A stretch of DNA of 64,000 bases from positions 4,071,556 through 4,135,555 of the forward strand of contig CAJINV010000005.1 of assembly GCA_905178155.1 (NCBI GenBank). The letters are read 5' to 3'. Under the pieces are notes generated by a model. The model was not told the origin of the DNA. It saw only the letters and a program-made list of their open reading frames with translations, and ran no database searches. The stretch's first letter is position 1; the number at the start of each line of letters is the position of its first letter. Shown here one piece after another: positions 25,444 through 39,500 of this stretch. This DNA comes from Amoebophrya sp. A120. Its lineage: Eukaryota; Protista; Dinoflagellata. The position numbers and the translations under genes are program-made.

Positions 25444-26099
25444 GTTGCTGCTTTGCCTTCACTCACCTCTGGGTGGTCCTTTGATAATCAATGCAAATGA
25501 AATAGATGAAGACAGTCGGAAAAACAAAACTCTATCTCTATTGCAAAAAACGTCAAAATGGGTCCTTCGGGCTGAAGATCTAGATCAACAACGTCCAGCG
25601 GCCTCTAGAATAAATACGTTCATCAAATCAAGAAAGTGCCATATCAAACAAACGAGAACGTGACTTGTGCGATCGCGTCACAGGTCATCTTCACAACTTA
25701 GGATTTTTTCATGATCCTAAACTTGGTCAGAAAGTTCAAAACAATCAAAACGCAGTACATTTAGTGAAGCCTGCGGATAACCACGTCTGTCAACAAGCAT
25801 TGCCATTTTAATCGCCAGCCCCAGCGCCGCGGCGAGTGTTCTCAGACAAAGTATATTGTCGTCTCTTTCTGTACGTTCATCGGCCACGCTCAATGAATAC
25901 GCCTCCGTAGTTTTTCTTTCTTGCTGGCGGACTGGAGGCGCAACCAGCCAGGAACATACATCGATACTATTTTTACGCACATTATCTAATCTATCAACAT
26001 GGTTTTTCTCTTACTCTTCTCGTAGCATTCAAAGCAAACAAGCAAGTAACCCTTTACTCTTTCCTTATCCTTTCCTCATGGGAACAAGGTCCAAGAACT

Positions 26100-29000
26100 T
26101 CATGCTTGATATGAGGACCGTGCTGAGGCTCCGGAAGCGCTCCGTGGTCTCGTCGCAGAAGGTTCACAACGATGAACCGTTTGACCCACAACAGCGGCAG
26201 CACTCGCATCGCCGTCCACCACGGAACAAACGCATGCAGCTGCTTGAGTACTTTGTTCATCACCGAGCACCACGGAACTTCTTAGCTGGCACGAAAGTTC
26301 ATAAGGTTGAATTTGGGCACCGATTCGAACATCTCCACCATCGAGCCGGCGTATCAAAGTGCACCACAACTAAACTTACATCTTCCGCGGTCATCATTAC
26401 ACGCAAAGTTGCAAAGAGCCAACAACTTCTGTCGCAGCAGTTTTTTTTTCTTTTCTGCGCGCCGGCACTGCATAAGTAATTGCATGACCAGCACCAGGGG
26501 ATGAAATCGAAGTGCAAGTGATACAACAACTGTTACTAGGATTCAAGTCCTCCTACAAAATCGAGCGAAAGGAGAGAGGGTGTAAGAATTCTTGTTATGC
26601 ACTCTGATATGGCGCGATCGTGCAGCTCGCTGGACCCTTTTGCGATGGCGGTCTGACCCATGTCCCACATGTCCCCCATGCGGCCTTCCATGAGGTCCAC
26701 GTCATAGGAAAAGTGCAGATATGGATTGTAAAAATGTCTGGGTCTGGAAGATTGCAACTTGTCATGGTAAATCTGAAGCATGCAAAAATCTGTGTTGCAT
26801 GAGTGCCAAAAGCTGTCCACTTTTGACCAAGTTGGAACGGAGTTTCTCATGCAGAATAGGAATGCCAGAGGCTTCGCAGAGTCTGTCATGCTAAGTCCCG
26901 CATTCCAGACCTCATGGGTCATGGAAAATCTGCATGACAAGTCTACACTCTTCCAGACCCAGACATTTTTACATTTGATAGCAGATACTGTTTGCCGACC
27001 CGAAAGGGCATGATGGACTTGCCCCCCCGCCGGGCCAGGATGGACTGGCACTCTTCCTTGCAGAAGTGCGACTTCTATCAACTGTAAAAATGTCTGGGTC
27101 TGGAAGAATCCAACTTGTCATCCTGATTTTGGATTCTAAAAAAATCTGTATTGCATGAGCAGCAAAGAGAGTCCAAGTGTTGCTACACGGAAAGAGCATT
27201 TGCCATGCGATGTAGGCATCAGGAAGCCCTCACAAAATCTGTGATGCTAGGGCATGCATCACAGACATCAGGAGTCATGCAAAACGTGCATGACAAACCT
27301 GGCAATCTTCCAGACCCAGACATTTTTACATTTGATAACTTCAGCGTGACCACGGGGTTCGTGTTCTCGAAGTTGAAGCCCAGTTTTCGCTCCACGTCCC
27401 TGCATATCAAATGCAAAAGTGTCTGGGTCTGGAAGGTTGAAACTTGTGATGCGCATTTCACAACACAGAAAAATCTCTCATGCATAGGCAGCAAAAGTTG
27501 CCCATTTTCTGTCACCAAAGTCAGAGACTTGTCATGCGGATTCTGCATTGCGAACGCTTCTCGAGACCTGTGATGCTAGAGCTTCCATGCCAGACCTTCT
27601 GTGTCATGCAAAAGCAGCAGGATTCTTCCAGACCCAGACATTTTTACATTTGATACTGAAATGCACCCCGTCTCCCTCGGCTTGCATCTCGTGGCTGACC
27701 TGCCGGGGGTATCAAATGTAAAAATGTCGGGGTCTGGAAACTTGTAATGCTGCGTTGGGAATAGTGAATGCTCTGTAATGCACAGGCACGCATGAGAAAT
27801 ATCTGCGCTGCTTTGTGTTGCGTTTTTCGCATGAGAAACTGCGTTTTTGCATGACAGGCAAAAGCGTCTCTTCTTGGACACACACCACAAACTTTTTTAT
27901 CATGCCAGACAAGCATGACAAGTCTCGCAATCTTCCAGACCCAGACACTTTTACATTTGATAGGGGGCGCACCGCAAACCGCAGCAGGAACAGGTAAAGC
28001 CCAGCCGCTGTGAAGAAGTAGCCTAAAAACTTGTCCAGCGGGAACCTCGAGGCGGCGAGGATGTCCGCAATCTTATCCTCCTCCTCCGGGGTCAGATGCG
28101 TGTCGCAGAGAAAAGAGCTAGCACGGCACAATAAATTGATGCAAAAACAAACAGATACATGAAAAGATCTGCGCTGCATAGCATAAACACCCCCCTCGTC
28201 AGGGCATTTTACAATCAAATGATCCCCTACCAGCTTTTTTCTTTTTGATAGTGTGAGAGCTTGATTTGTAACTGGTTAAAAAACTTCTCGGTTCGGTACT
28301 GCCACCACGGTATGCTGCCAGCGAGGAACCCGATGATGACGGCGAACATCTCTAGTGACACCACGGAAAGCCTATGGAAGCGTCAGGATTGAAATCGTCA
28401 AAGTTGAAATAATTTTAATTTGTGATACATAAAATGCAACCCGCAAAGCGCCTGTCTTGCAGAGTAGGCAAGGGAGGCATATTGCAAGCCTGTTGAGGGG
28501 CAGAAATAGAGCTGCTAAAGTAGCATGACAAAAGGCGTCTTCCTTACCCAAACAGCATTACAAACTGGATTTAGGCACCACCAAACTTGTCATGCGCCAC
28601 TTGAAAACTGGGCTCCAACTGGCATCCATTTTATGCATGACAAACTATTTCAACTCTGTCTCTGACGATTTCAAACCTGACACATCCATAAAGCCGCGCG
28701 CTCGTGTAGAAGGTCAATTTCGACGACATCAGGTGCAAATATTTCTGGCTGAAATACATCCACACGGCCCACAGGATCAGATTCCAAAACAGCAAATGTA
28801 TGAATGTCGGGCAGGCCAGGTATGACCTGTCAAGATCGATTGTTAGCAAGGATCTTCTTATTTCTTAGGGCGGTTGATTTACTTACTTATTTGTTTCTTC
28901 AGTTCGATCATCTTCAACCAGCAGCCACTTTGGGGCCTTGAACCTTTGATGCCGCGCCCAGGCTGCACAGGGAAAAAGAAAAGATAAAGAAGATATTTCA

Positions 29001-32000
29001 TGACGCAATTCCGTTTTTAAGCAGAAGGACGCCACCCGAGGGAGGTTTTGAAGGAGTTATATATGTTTATGAAGTGAGAGTGACAAATAAACTACACTTA
29101 CATCAGCACACAGCAGAGCGGTAGTGTGAAGTTGACCGCGTAATCCCAGGCGAGGTAAACCATCGGCGGCTCGCAGTGCAGCTCTGCTTTCCTGACCTCT
29201 TGAATACGGGCTGACCATACGTCGTCCGTGAAGGGAATAAACGAGTTATACAGCCGCAACAGCCGTCGCAGGACGTAACCGGTGAGCGGCCAAAGCAAAT
29301 ACGGCATCAGAAAAGTGCCCGGTACCAGAAGCTGTAGTCGAGAAATTTATTGAGTAACGCATCTTCAAAGTCAACATGATATTGCGCACAATTATCTCCT
29401 TATCATGCCTGGATCTGGAAGTTCTTAGCCAGTTAGTTTTAGTTGTGAGCTGCTTCGTCAGCCAAATAATTCTCAAAATTATATTTTAGCTGAATTTTGT
29501 TATCGTCTTAGCAAAAACATGTTTTGAGGTCGAAGCAAAATAGGAGACAGAAGTAATGCTTTGCTTTACCTCATACAGTTGCTTGCCCAAATAGGTTTCC
29601 TCTCCTAAAGCGTCCTTGTCTCGCTGCTCGGCCTTTTCGCCGAAAAACACTTGGCCAAACACGATATAGACAGAAAAGCCGGTGTTCAGGACAAAAAGTG
29701 CGGAATAGCTGATCATGACCACAAGCCACTGCGACCTGCGGTAGCGGAAGGGGAGGGCGACAGCGATGTACCAAAACATGAGTCCAACCACACCGTTGCC
29801 ACTGGAAAAAAGGATCTATCCTGCGCAAAAGCGCACTTGCTACCCAAACCAGTACCAGATCGTTTTCACCTAAATTTGCATGCCCAGGATGTGTCAAGTC
29901 GTGGGTGGCCCGCCCACGAGAAGCATTTTGGTGCTTGGAGGACGTTTGTCATGCATTGAGGAAGCAATCAGACTGCGCAACTTGTTGACGTAGCTTCACT
30001 AGTACCCATTCACGACCGCACTGCCAGTTTGCACGGGTCATGTTGCGCAACTACAGGCAAAACTTCTCGACTCGTGACGCGAAGTTTCCATCTTGACCAT
30101 GCTGGTGTTGAGGGTACTACGTATTTACACGAGATAGGATCCCAAGAAAGGTCATGGCCCATCCCGAGGGCACGTTCGCAGACTCCTGCAAGGAGTTGAG
30201 AATAAAGACGATCGCCGGCGCATACATCAAGAGACCGTACAACACAATCTGGATCACGAACCGGATCGGGCCGCCTATCCAACTTTCGTAGAAGGACTTC
30301 GATGTGTCGAAGTTGCCCCACAAAATGTCGCCTGGTTCCACGTTGTGCTATCGTGTAGAAAAAAACTTTAATCACGTAAAAAGAATTAGAATTACATTTT
30401 ATGCTACAACCACATGCAAAATATAGTTGGTTGTGTCTTGCAAGAAGTGCACGGTTTGATTCTCAGCATGGAACAAGGGACCCAACCATCATCCCCGCTG
30501 GCCGCGTATCCTCGTTCATGCTCTACCCAACGGGATCAACATGATGCTAGCACTTTTCCACGCGATATGTGCCGCTCGAAGATCATAATCGGAAATGCGT
30601 CCTCCAATGCTTTGCGTGTAGCCGCCGCACTGCTGAGAGCGGAAGGCGCGGAGGGCGGTGCTGCAGAGCGGGCACTGCGAAGGCGAATCTCCTCGAGCTC
30701 GGCGGGAGAAAAACGCTCAAATACCTTGCGCTGCTCCGCCTGCAGTCGCTGCACACACACATCCACATCCTTTTCGTAGTCACAAAAACAATACACCGCC
30801 CCCCCGCACTCTCCAGGGAAAAAACCGCGCTAGTAGTGTACCTCTAACTTCTTTTTGGGTGGCAACTGCAGCTGCAGCAACACCACCAGCATGCGCATGG
30901 TGCATGTTCTGCCTCACAAATAAAACCTGCCACACGGCAAAAAATCTTTTATGCGAATAAATATTTGTACGCTAGAAAAAATGCTGCGGTGTTGAAAAGC
31001 TACATTAGGGGTACTCAACTACACAGTTTTTTTGTGTGATAAGGACGGCATTTGCCGCAACTCCTCACGCAGCTCCTCGATCTGCTCCTCCGTAAAATCC
31101 GGCGCAACCAGGCCAACCTGCAGATCCCGAGCGGTTTCTTTGTAGAGGCCACCGCTTCGCGGTCTTTGATGATTCGCAAAATGATTTTTTGAAACTAACA
31201 TAGACATACAACATTCATAATCATTTTCATTGGACAACTTTATTCCGCATAAGAATAAGTATGAGTATCTGCAATACACTGACATATTTCCGCATTTCTG
31301 GATCCCGTTCCTGCGCGGCCAATAGGTCAAGGCTCGGCGCGCCGGCGGGTTGGAGTAAAGCGGATCCCTGGGGGACCGCCGTTGTGAGTCCAGAGCTGTG
31401 GTCACTGAGCTCGGTGGTGACTTCTATCTCTTGCTTTTTGCTCTGTGCCACTGCGTCCCGCAGCTGTTTTCCGGTGGGCGTGAGAAAGCACAAGAAAAAC
31501 TCCTGCAAATACAGCCAGCTCCAGGGAAACCGGTAGTCGGTAATCTGCAGCTCGCGTGCTGAGGCGGAGCCCGTGCTGTTCTGTCCCGACAGAAACTCTT
31601 CCCGTTCCGCATCGTACACAGGTATACTGTGCTCAGGCGATATTACAATCTCTGCGTTTACAATGAAATAACTGTGATAAGTTTGTCGCGTGCTCCTGTC
31701 GTGAGCATCGAAAGCAATGTCTGAGTCTGATAGACATTTTGACTTGTTTCCGTCACTCACATACAAACTTCGGGAGATGAGATCAGGGCGGCAATTTTGC
31801 GATTGCGCTTCCGAGAGTTCTTGCGTTTACGATGCACATCGGTATCAAGAGAGTACAACCGCGACTGAGACTGAGGGGTCAAGCAACCCGATCTGCATGA
31901 GTAGCAGCAGCCAAAGAAAAAAGGAATCTGTAACAGCAGAGCCTGTAACACCAACGCGAGCTGTAACAGTTTTGAGCACCTTCTTGTCCGCGCGGGCAGG

Positions 32001-35000
32001 CCTATCCAAGAACAAAGTGCCACCAATGGGAAACGGGAATGCTTTCACTTTCATGCTTCTCTGGAATGACGTCACGCGCGCGCCAAAATGAAAGTGCTTC
32101 GCTTCAATTTCATCAATACTTATACGAAAAAGCTGCACTTGCGCTGGTGTGCACTCCAAGACACAGAGAGAAACTGCTTTCTTGCTCATGGACGGAAGTG
32201 GGCCGCTTGTAGTTCCGCGCTCCAACCCCCAAATTTGAAATCAGACATAAAGTATTTGCTTTTCTGAAGACCCTGGTGGTGACCACGATCAGGACGGTTG
32301 CAAGGGATACAGCACCTTGTCGCAGATGTCATCCAGAGAGAGCCCGTTTTTGGGCAGAACCCGGTGCTCCTTGTAGTCGTGCGCAAGACTGGTGCCGATT
32401 AGGAGGTTGCGGCTCGGTGCTGAAAGGGTGGTGCCGCTGCTGTGCGGGGAGTTCCGCCGGCTGCTTGCTAGACTGGTGCCGCACTTCTCCTGGAAGAAAG
32501 ACGTCACCTCGTCCAGGTTCAGGGGTACGTGGGTGGGTAACCCTTCCACGATGAAGCAGTAGTCGCTCATATCGGCGTTGTCCGCATCGAACATGCGCTC
32601 CTCCCGCTTCTGAAAACAAGCGAAAAGGAGAACGGCGAGAAAGGTAAACACGATGAGAATCCAACTCGCCTTTTCTGCCAGCTGCGCGAACTCGTACCGC
32701 TGTAGCTCCACAACCTTAAAGTTGCCGGTCTGTGCCCCGTGCGAAACACCCGCGTCGCGCGAGAAGGCCGCAAGCAACTGCTTGGTATCCAAGATAGACA
32801 TCCCCCCGGCCTCGTTTGAGGGTGTAGTACTGGGAGCTGCTGCCACTTCCGACGAGGAGAGCTGCCTTTCTTGCCTGCCATCGAGGAGTTCGAATGGCTG
32901 TGGCAGCTGCAGTGGGTTTTTTTCGCGGCCGATAAACTCTGGTACTACATGTAGTCCCGAAGATACAGTATTTACTCTAGATGAAGCTGTTGCAGCTGCG
33001 GATGTAATAGCTTCTTCTGTTCGCAATGACCGCGTCCGCGTCCCCGCAACGGCCGCGACATTAGCCGGGCCAGCGAGCGTACCCACGGGTGGTTTGTACT
33101 TGTTGAGGCCGTGAAGGTTTTCCAGGTTTGGACACTCGTCCCGGAAGAGTGGCACATTAGACAGCGCGGATGTCACACACAAAAAAGTAGCTAGCACAAC
33201 ATACATTCGATTGGAATGAATGCAAAAATTAGAATTACATTATTACGTCTGTTTTTCTTTTTTTGAAATCATAAAGATAAAAAACAAAAAAAACCGTCAT
33301 CATTGTCATTGGCGAGCCCATACTAGCATCGCTCTTATTTATCTCTTGGCTGCGTTTTGTGTTCATTCTTGCACGACCAATGTGATTATATTATGCTAGC
33401 TTTCTTCTCTACTAGGGTAGTGGACTGGTGCTGGACATAGCCACTAATTCCGTAGCCGACCACTGCCCAGAGACCGATGAAGATCAGCCAATTGTAGTAC
33501 ATCGGTACCCCAACGCCGCAAATGTAGTCGCGATGCATATTGGTCCGGCAGTAGCTGGGGACCTCCGAGCTCACCACTGCGCGCCCGTCGGGATTCTCAA
33601 CGGTCCGCGTAACCGTGGGAAAGCACCGCTTTACGTGATCGGCGGCCGCCTTCACGATAGCGGGCCGGCCGGCCGGACGAAAAAGCTTGATCAGCGTGTG
33701 TGGCAGGCAGATCGCGATGGCCACGAACATAAAATACGAAAAATAGGCAAATCCGTTTGCGTCGAGCATGTAGGTGCAGCTTCCGTCGCTTGCAAGCTTG
33801 TACGCCGGCTCACTGCACTCCTTGCACACTTTCCTACTCATGTTGTCGCACCTGCAAAAAAAAAATTCAGGACTCTTCTACTATTTGTCGAGCATTGCGC
33901 TCGCCCCCGCACCCGGACCTCATAACAAGTTTCGTCCTATTTCTAGTGAAGTATTTTCACATTTAGATTTACGTTGCAAATAAAAAGAAATGATACAAGA
34001 CGCAGCCGACGACCTCGCACACGTTGCAGGTTTGCGTGGTTGCGTCGGCAAATTCAACGCCCTTCAAACCGGAGCCGGCGACGCACTTTTCTTCGGCCAC
34101 GCACTTCGCCACGCATGTATGCAATGCAGATGAGGCAGCGCACTGATACAAAAAAATGAAAATCGCATGACTACACACTACCTCGTGAGCAGAAATGAAT
34201 GCAATTGGTCCCCTATTGATCGTCACGGCTGCGACAATCTAATTTATCGTGACGACTGCGACACTTTTGAAGAGGATAGCAGGGGAAGTACTGCGACTGG
34301 TCTACAAAGTATCCAAGGAAACAACTGTGTCAGTGCAAGTTGAAATTTCTTGCCGTGATAGCGTCCCATTTCTCTATTTGCAATCGTGCTCTACTACCTA
34401 GTGCATGACTATGACAGGAAAGACTGGGACTGCCACGCAACGCTAGAAATACGTGAGCACACATCATACAATGGCGGGCACGAAAAATGTAGCATAGAAA
34501 GAAAATTGTTTGCACTGTTGCGGATTTACACTACGTGACACACGTTTTTTGTTGCATAGGAAGGGGCAGCTGGCGGGGCAGGAACTGACGAGGTGCAACA
34601 CGTCGCTGCAGCTGTTATATAGAGCGGAAGTGACCGTGAGTGATTTTCGTGTCTGTAGTTGCTACTAAATTAATAGCCCGGAGAAACTGAAACATCGCAC
34701 TTGCTATGCAACTTCGCTACTTTGGAAAAAGCACACCAATTCGCAATCAACTCCACGGGTGCTCGAGTAACGTTTTGGATTTGGTTCTTATGGCTTTGCG
34801 CATGCTCTGCATGAGGACAAACCAAAGCGCGTCGCCTGGGTTTTTTCTTACTACTAGGACTTCTAGCAGCAATCAATCTGGAAGATCACTCACTTCCTGC
34901 CCTCCATATGTTTTGGTAGGGGATTGCGCACCGCACTGTGGATTTTCCGTCGGGAAGCAGGAATCCACAGGAGCTCCCCTGGTCGTGTTGCGCAGATGCA

Positions 35001-35308
35001 CTACCGTCATCCTCCGCCGCGCCACCACTGCCCGCGTCAGCGTCGCTCAGTTGCCTCGTCCGCTCAACTACAGCACTAACTGCGGCCTTTCCTCTTTCAT
35101 TTTCGTCTACAGAGACAGACGTTCCAGCGGATGGCCTCGTCCTGCTGGGCGTTTCTGGGGTGGAAGAACGACCGAGGACTCCTGTAGTCGACATTCGCTG
35201 AAGTAGCAATAGCCACGGGAGGAAACTCTTGCTCGCTTTTACCCAGCACCTGCAAGACGAGCCCATTGCTTTCCCGTTTTGGACACCTACCGATATCGTG
35301 GTCTGCAT
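26100..35308 (-). CDS. OSCA/TMEM63 (CSC1)-like membrane channel with Cys-rich N-terminal region, many exons
   Basis: Motifs GVGVPMYYNWLIF, DADNADMSDYCFIVEGLP, EPGDILWGNF and PPMVYLAWDYA, multiple TM segments, and N-terminal SCPASCPF / CNVCEVVGC / CKECSEPAYKL. Removing five introners gives continuous frames. Gene ends are approximate. Confidence 0.7.
26720..26980. mobile_element. Introner family 1 (left end of TATGG type)
   Basis: TATGGATTGTAAAAATGTCTGGGTCTGG ... ACATTTGATA; TSD GCAGA; GKQYL|HFSY. Confidence 0.95.
27076..27337. mobile_element. Introner family 1
   Basis: TATCAACTGTAAAAATGTCTGG ... TACATTTGATA; TSD ACTTC; VTLK|SHFC. Confidence 0.95.
27405..27655. mobile_element. Introner family 1
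   Basis: TATCAAATGCAAAAGTGTCTGG ... TACATTTGATA; TSD CTGCA/CTGAA; GVHF|RDVERK. Confidence 0.93.
27710..27962. mobile_element. Introner family 1
   Basis: TATCAAATGTAAAAATGTCGGGG ... TACATTTGATA; TSD GGGGG; AVRP|RQVSHE. Confidence 0.95.
28373..28690. mobile_element. Introner family 2
   Basis: TATGGAAGCGTCAGGATTGAAATCG ... CGATTTCAAACCTGACACATCCATA; TSD AAGCC; TSARL|SVVSLEMF. Confidence 0.95.
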
Positions 35309-36506
35309 GTTGGCAGGTACTTTTTCAGTACAACCACATCAATGGAACGCTTGTCCAGAGATTCCGACAACTATTTAAGTACTTACTCTGTCACTTCTTT
35401 GCTGTGTACTCTGTACTGTTGCTCGGCTTGTACTCTTAGTGATTCCTCTGCGAGAAACACATTCCTGCTGCTGGTCGGTGCAAAACCGAAGATGCACCGA
35501 CGATGAAGCCGACAATCACGGCAAGGGCAACTCGAATCATGCACACGCATCTGGGGTGCACCTGCACGCATCCCGCTTTAATGAATACGTAGTTATTTGA
35601 GACTTTCTAACGCCAGCGAGGACCGAGATTGCGTCTTTTATTTTGGTTTCCTTCACGTCTTGGAGTGGCCACGCAGGAAGATATTAGTGACACATCTATC
35701 TTCATCATCTCCCCCAGCTCCGTTACATCACTCAAGGTCAACCTCAACACAAGACTGACTCTGGCGACAATAAACGAGTCCACGAAATAAGTGCTCGCAT
35801 CACATACAGGAGCTTCTTACAGCCGCCACACAGCACATGAGCTCACGACCGCTTCTACATCGATACTTTGCGACAGTCCAGCAAGGCGTAGAAAAAATTT
35901 GAAGCTCTAGATGAAAGGACCAAGCACCGTCCGGCAACCACGTCGAACATCAGAGGGCTGCTCTGATCAGTGCCGATACTCCCGCTTCGATCTTGTTATT
36001 TTAATGAGACCCACATCCAGAAACGCGCGGTTATAAATTGTAGTGCGCTGCATGTGCAATTTTCATAGAAGTTCCTCCTTCTCAAGACTACAGATTGAAT
36101 TCTTTTGCGAAGTTTTCGAGTATCTCTTTGTCAGGTCCTTTGACGCCTTGGCTCCTCCCGCATGTATGTTGCGTCTCTCTGGCTGTCTGTGTGTGTGAAA
36201 AGGAATTTCAGTTGTGCGTGGTGCTCAAATCTTTAGGTTTAGTTGTAGTTCCCATGCGGCATAAGTCTCACTGCGCGCGCGCATGGTTCCTTGTGCTTCA
36301 CTTCCACCGGTACTTAGTGCGAATAATGCAGACAACGCGAGGGCGAGCACTTTCTGTTTCTATTTGAGTACAAAAGGAGCGTTGTTGATCTCCTTGCCAG
36401 GCCCGGCCCTGTTGGTCGTGACACAACTCTGCCGCCTAGGGATCGACGGAAAGCAGGGGGATGGGGCTGCGGCAGGAGTCCACCTCGTCCGTTGCCGTTA
36501 TGCCAG

Positions 36507-39500
36507 CTACAGAGCTGCTCGCTCAAGAAAACTTCGCAGCTCGGGCGGGCCTTGGCTAGGTTGTCGCTGCAACTCGCCCGGCTTGCTTATCCTCCGTTCG
36601 TATCAACTGTAAAAATGTCTGGGTCTGGAAGACTCATGCTGTTTTTGCATGACACAGAAAGTCTGGCATGGAAGCTCTAGCATCACAGGTTTCGAGAAGC
36701 GTTTGCAATGCCGAATCCGCATGACAAATGAATCCCCCATTTTGGTGACAGAAAGTGGAAACTTTTTGCTGCCTATGCATGAGAGATTTTTCTGTGATCT
36801 GAAATGCGCATCGCAAGTTTGTATTCTCCAGACCCAGACACTTTTACATTTGATAGTTCGACCGTGTGGTTTGCTGCGAAAGTAGAGCCCCCACGCAGAT
36901 GCGCGGCAGAGGAACCCGCGGCCACGGTCGGCGTTCCAAGCGGCCCGATGGTGAGCAGTGGGGCGGGTGGTCTGTGCTGCTGCGCAACTACGACGGTGGA
37001 GCTCATGTTCTTGTTCATCAGGGAGCGGCCACTATTATAGGTGGTGCTGGTGGCACCACCCAACGCATTGGTGCCGGCCTTGCTTGTGGCCGGGAAAGAA
37101 GAGCAAGAGGTAGTACTAGCTGCACCAGCTGCACTTGTTGTATTGTGCGGGACCGCCAGAACAACCGCTCCTCCCGTGGCTAGTTCAAGTGCCCGACCGG
37201 AATTTTGGAATGGGGCAGGTGGAGCCGGCTTCACGCCTCGAATCGCAGCAGACGAAGAGGGCGCTGCGGAAGTACTGCGCAAGTGTCCAAACCCTATCAC
37301 AGGTTCCCGCCACGGCATCATCAACATGAAAAACAGAAGAACAAACTACGCAGCCACTTTTTTGTAATGTTGTGCACATTGATTCATTCCCGGACAATGA
37401 AAATTGCAATTTCTTCAGAAAGAATGCCCTATCTAACTACTTATCTATCTCGTATCGCTGTATGATGCGACGTTGAAAAGAAACTAATACTAGAGCTAAA
37501 CAAAAGTGCACTTCTCATCTCTAACGTACTTACTTCTAGTTCATCTGACATATCAGTTGCCCCATGCATGCTGGTGACAGTTCTTGTAGTTGTTCCTATA
37601 TACACATTTGCCTATCATCTTGTTCGATTGAGCAGAGCCAGCGGTTACTTGCAGCAATAGGCCGCATAATTTATACAACGAACTGTGTCCTCCACGTGGC
37701 TGGCAAGACTGTAAGAAGAGCTGCATCAAGGTACGCACATTACGGTGGTAAGTAGCAGCAGGCAGAAAATTCTCCATTCACAAATCCATAACCGTGGACG
37801 ATACTGCCACTGGCGCAATTTTGGGACTGTCTGGAGCAACGGCTGCACCAGGTAGACGTGCTTTCCTTTCCGCTTTCCCAGCGGGTGGCGACGGGTTTGC
37901 TGTTGAGCCCCCCGTGTGCACTTGATGGGATCCGAAAGAGCTTGCAGCACCCGATGTAGAAGTAGAGCCCCCCGCTGCTCCGCCCGCTGCCGAGGGCTTT
38001 GGTGCGGGGGCAAGAGGCGCGCCTGGAGGATTCTTGATAACGTGCAGCATCTGTGTCCAGTTCTGTGTGGTGAACTGGGTCATACTCTCATGTAGCGGGC
38101 CGTGCGCCAGGCTGTCGCCGGAGTCTGAGCTTGTGGCCGGGTGCTCCCACTGTAGGTCAACTGGCTCCTTCATAATGAGAAGGTGCTCTTTCGATGACCT
38201 TCTCATCGTAGTACTTTGATGTTCCGTACCAAAACCAAAAGATGGCGTCCCGCCCGCGGCCATACCACCTGGGGGAAGAGACAGCAACCTGTCCTCCTCA
38301 GCAGGTCCTCCCCTGGTCTGCACCACAGGTCGCTCAAGATGCAGTTCTACTCCGGCCTGCCCTTCGGCTACCACGCCGGGTCGTGGTAATGCCGCCCCCG
38401 CAGTCCCATGGATGTGCGACTCGAGAACAGCTCCGTTACTTGTTGTGCTGTTGTAGGTATTGCGGTTCATTGCGGTACCTCCTGAATCACCAGTGTGGTC
38501 CACGAGACTGTCTCCGCTGTGGACTGGGTATAAGAGGCCTCCCTGGTCCTGCACGACGTGGGTAGGCTGCCCCGAGGAGCCAAAACCATGCTCGTTCACA
38601 ACTTGTTCGTCGTCGCCACGAGCAGCTTCCGGACGTGCGACCTGCTGGCAACATGAGGTGACATCGTAGCACCGGAGCGAGTTTCTGGTGCCGTCAAACA
38701 TGTCGGCCAACGGGAGCTTCCCGAGACTGGCCGAACCTTCCAAAAGCCGATTTCGGATGCGGTTAGTGAAGTCTCGAAGTTTGTCCGCTGAAGACGAGGC
38801 AGAGCCGCCAGCTTCCTCCTCCTCCTCACTACCAATAGGCTGCTCGTCGACGCTTTTAGCAGTGATCAAAGCATCGTTCCGGTAATACCAATGCTTCACG
38901 AAGGGTTGTGGCCCCACTAAGGGAACCGGGGGCGACTTTTGTCCTTTTTTCTGGGATCCGACCATTGCGGGGCTCTCAACTCCTTGCTTGATGTAGTCAT
39001 CCTCAGCAGGAGCGGTCATCTTCTTCAGGGTGGCGGCACCGAAGTGGTTTTCTGATTTTGCTCCTTGTAGTCTGGGAGACATGCCACCATGATGAGCCTG
39101 GTCCTGAAGTAACACGCCGCCACCTGCAGCTTCAGACTGCTCGGAGTTCCTTCCATCCGGCTGTTCTGCCGAGTGCTGGGAGGCGACTTGCGGCGTGTTG
39201 TTGCGCCGCTTTTCAAAGAGCCTCATCAGCCTCCCGCTGCCACTCAGAAATTTTCCTTTATCATACTCCCCAGCCTCGAACTCCCCGGCCATGACGCGGA
39301 AAAAGGGATGATAGTAAGCGTGAGCTACCACCGTGAGCACCACGTCTCGCTCGTGTCTCTGGTGTGCCCAATCTTGGTCGAATTTGTGCCGCAAATCGTT
39401 ATATTTCTGGTACATCTTGTCGGGACCTTGCTGCGCCATCAACCCCTTCTGGGTCGTAGCGGTCCCGAGCGCAATCGCGGCCTGGCTGCGGAACAGCTTG

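Noticed and set aside
26720-27962. Nucleosome-linker spacing of introner insertions, as reported for algal introners
   Set aside because: Pre-insertion distances here are about 90, 62 and 49 bp, too short for nucleosome-length phasing.
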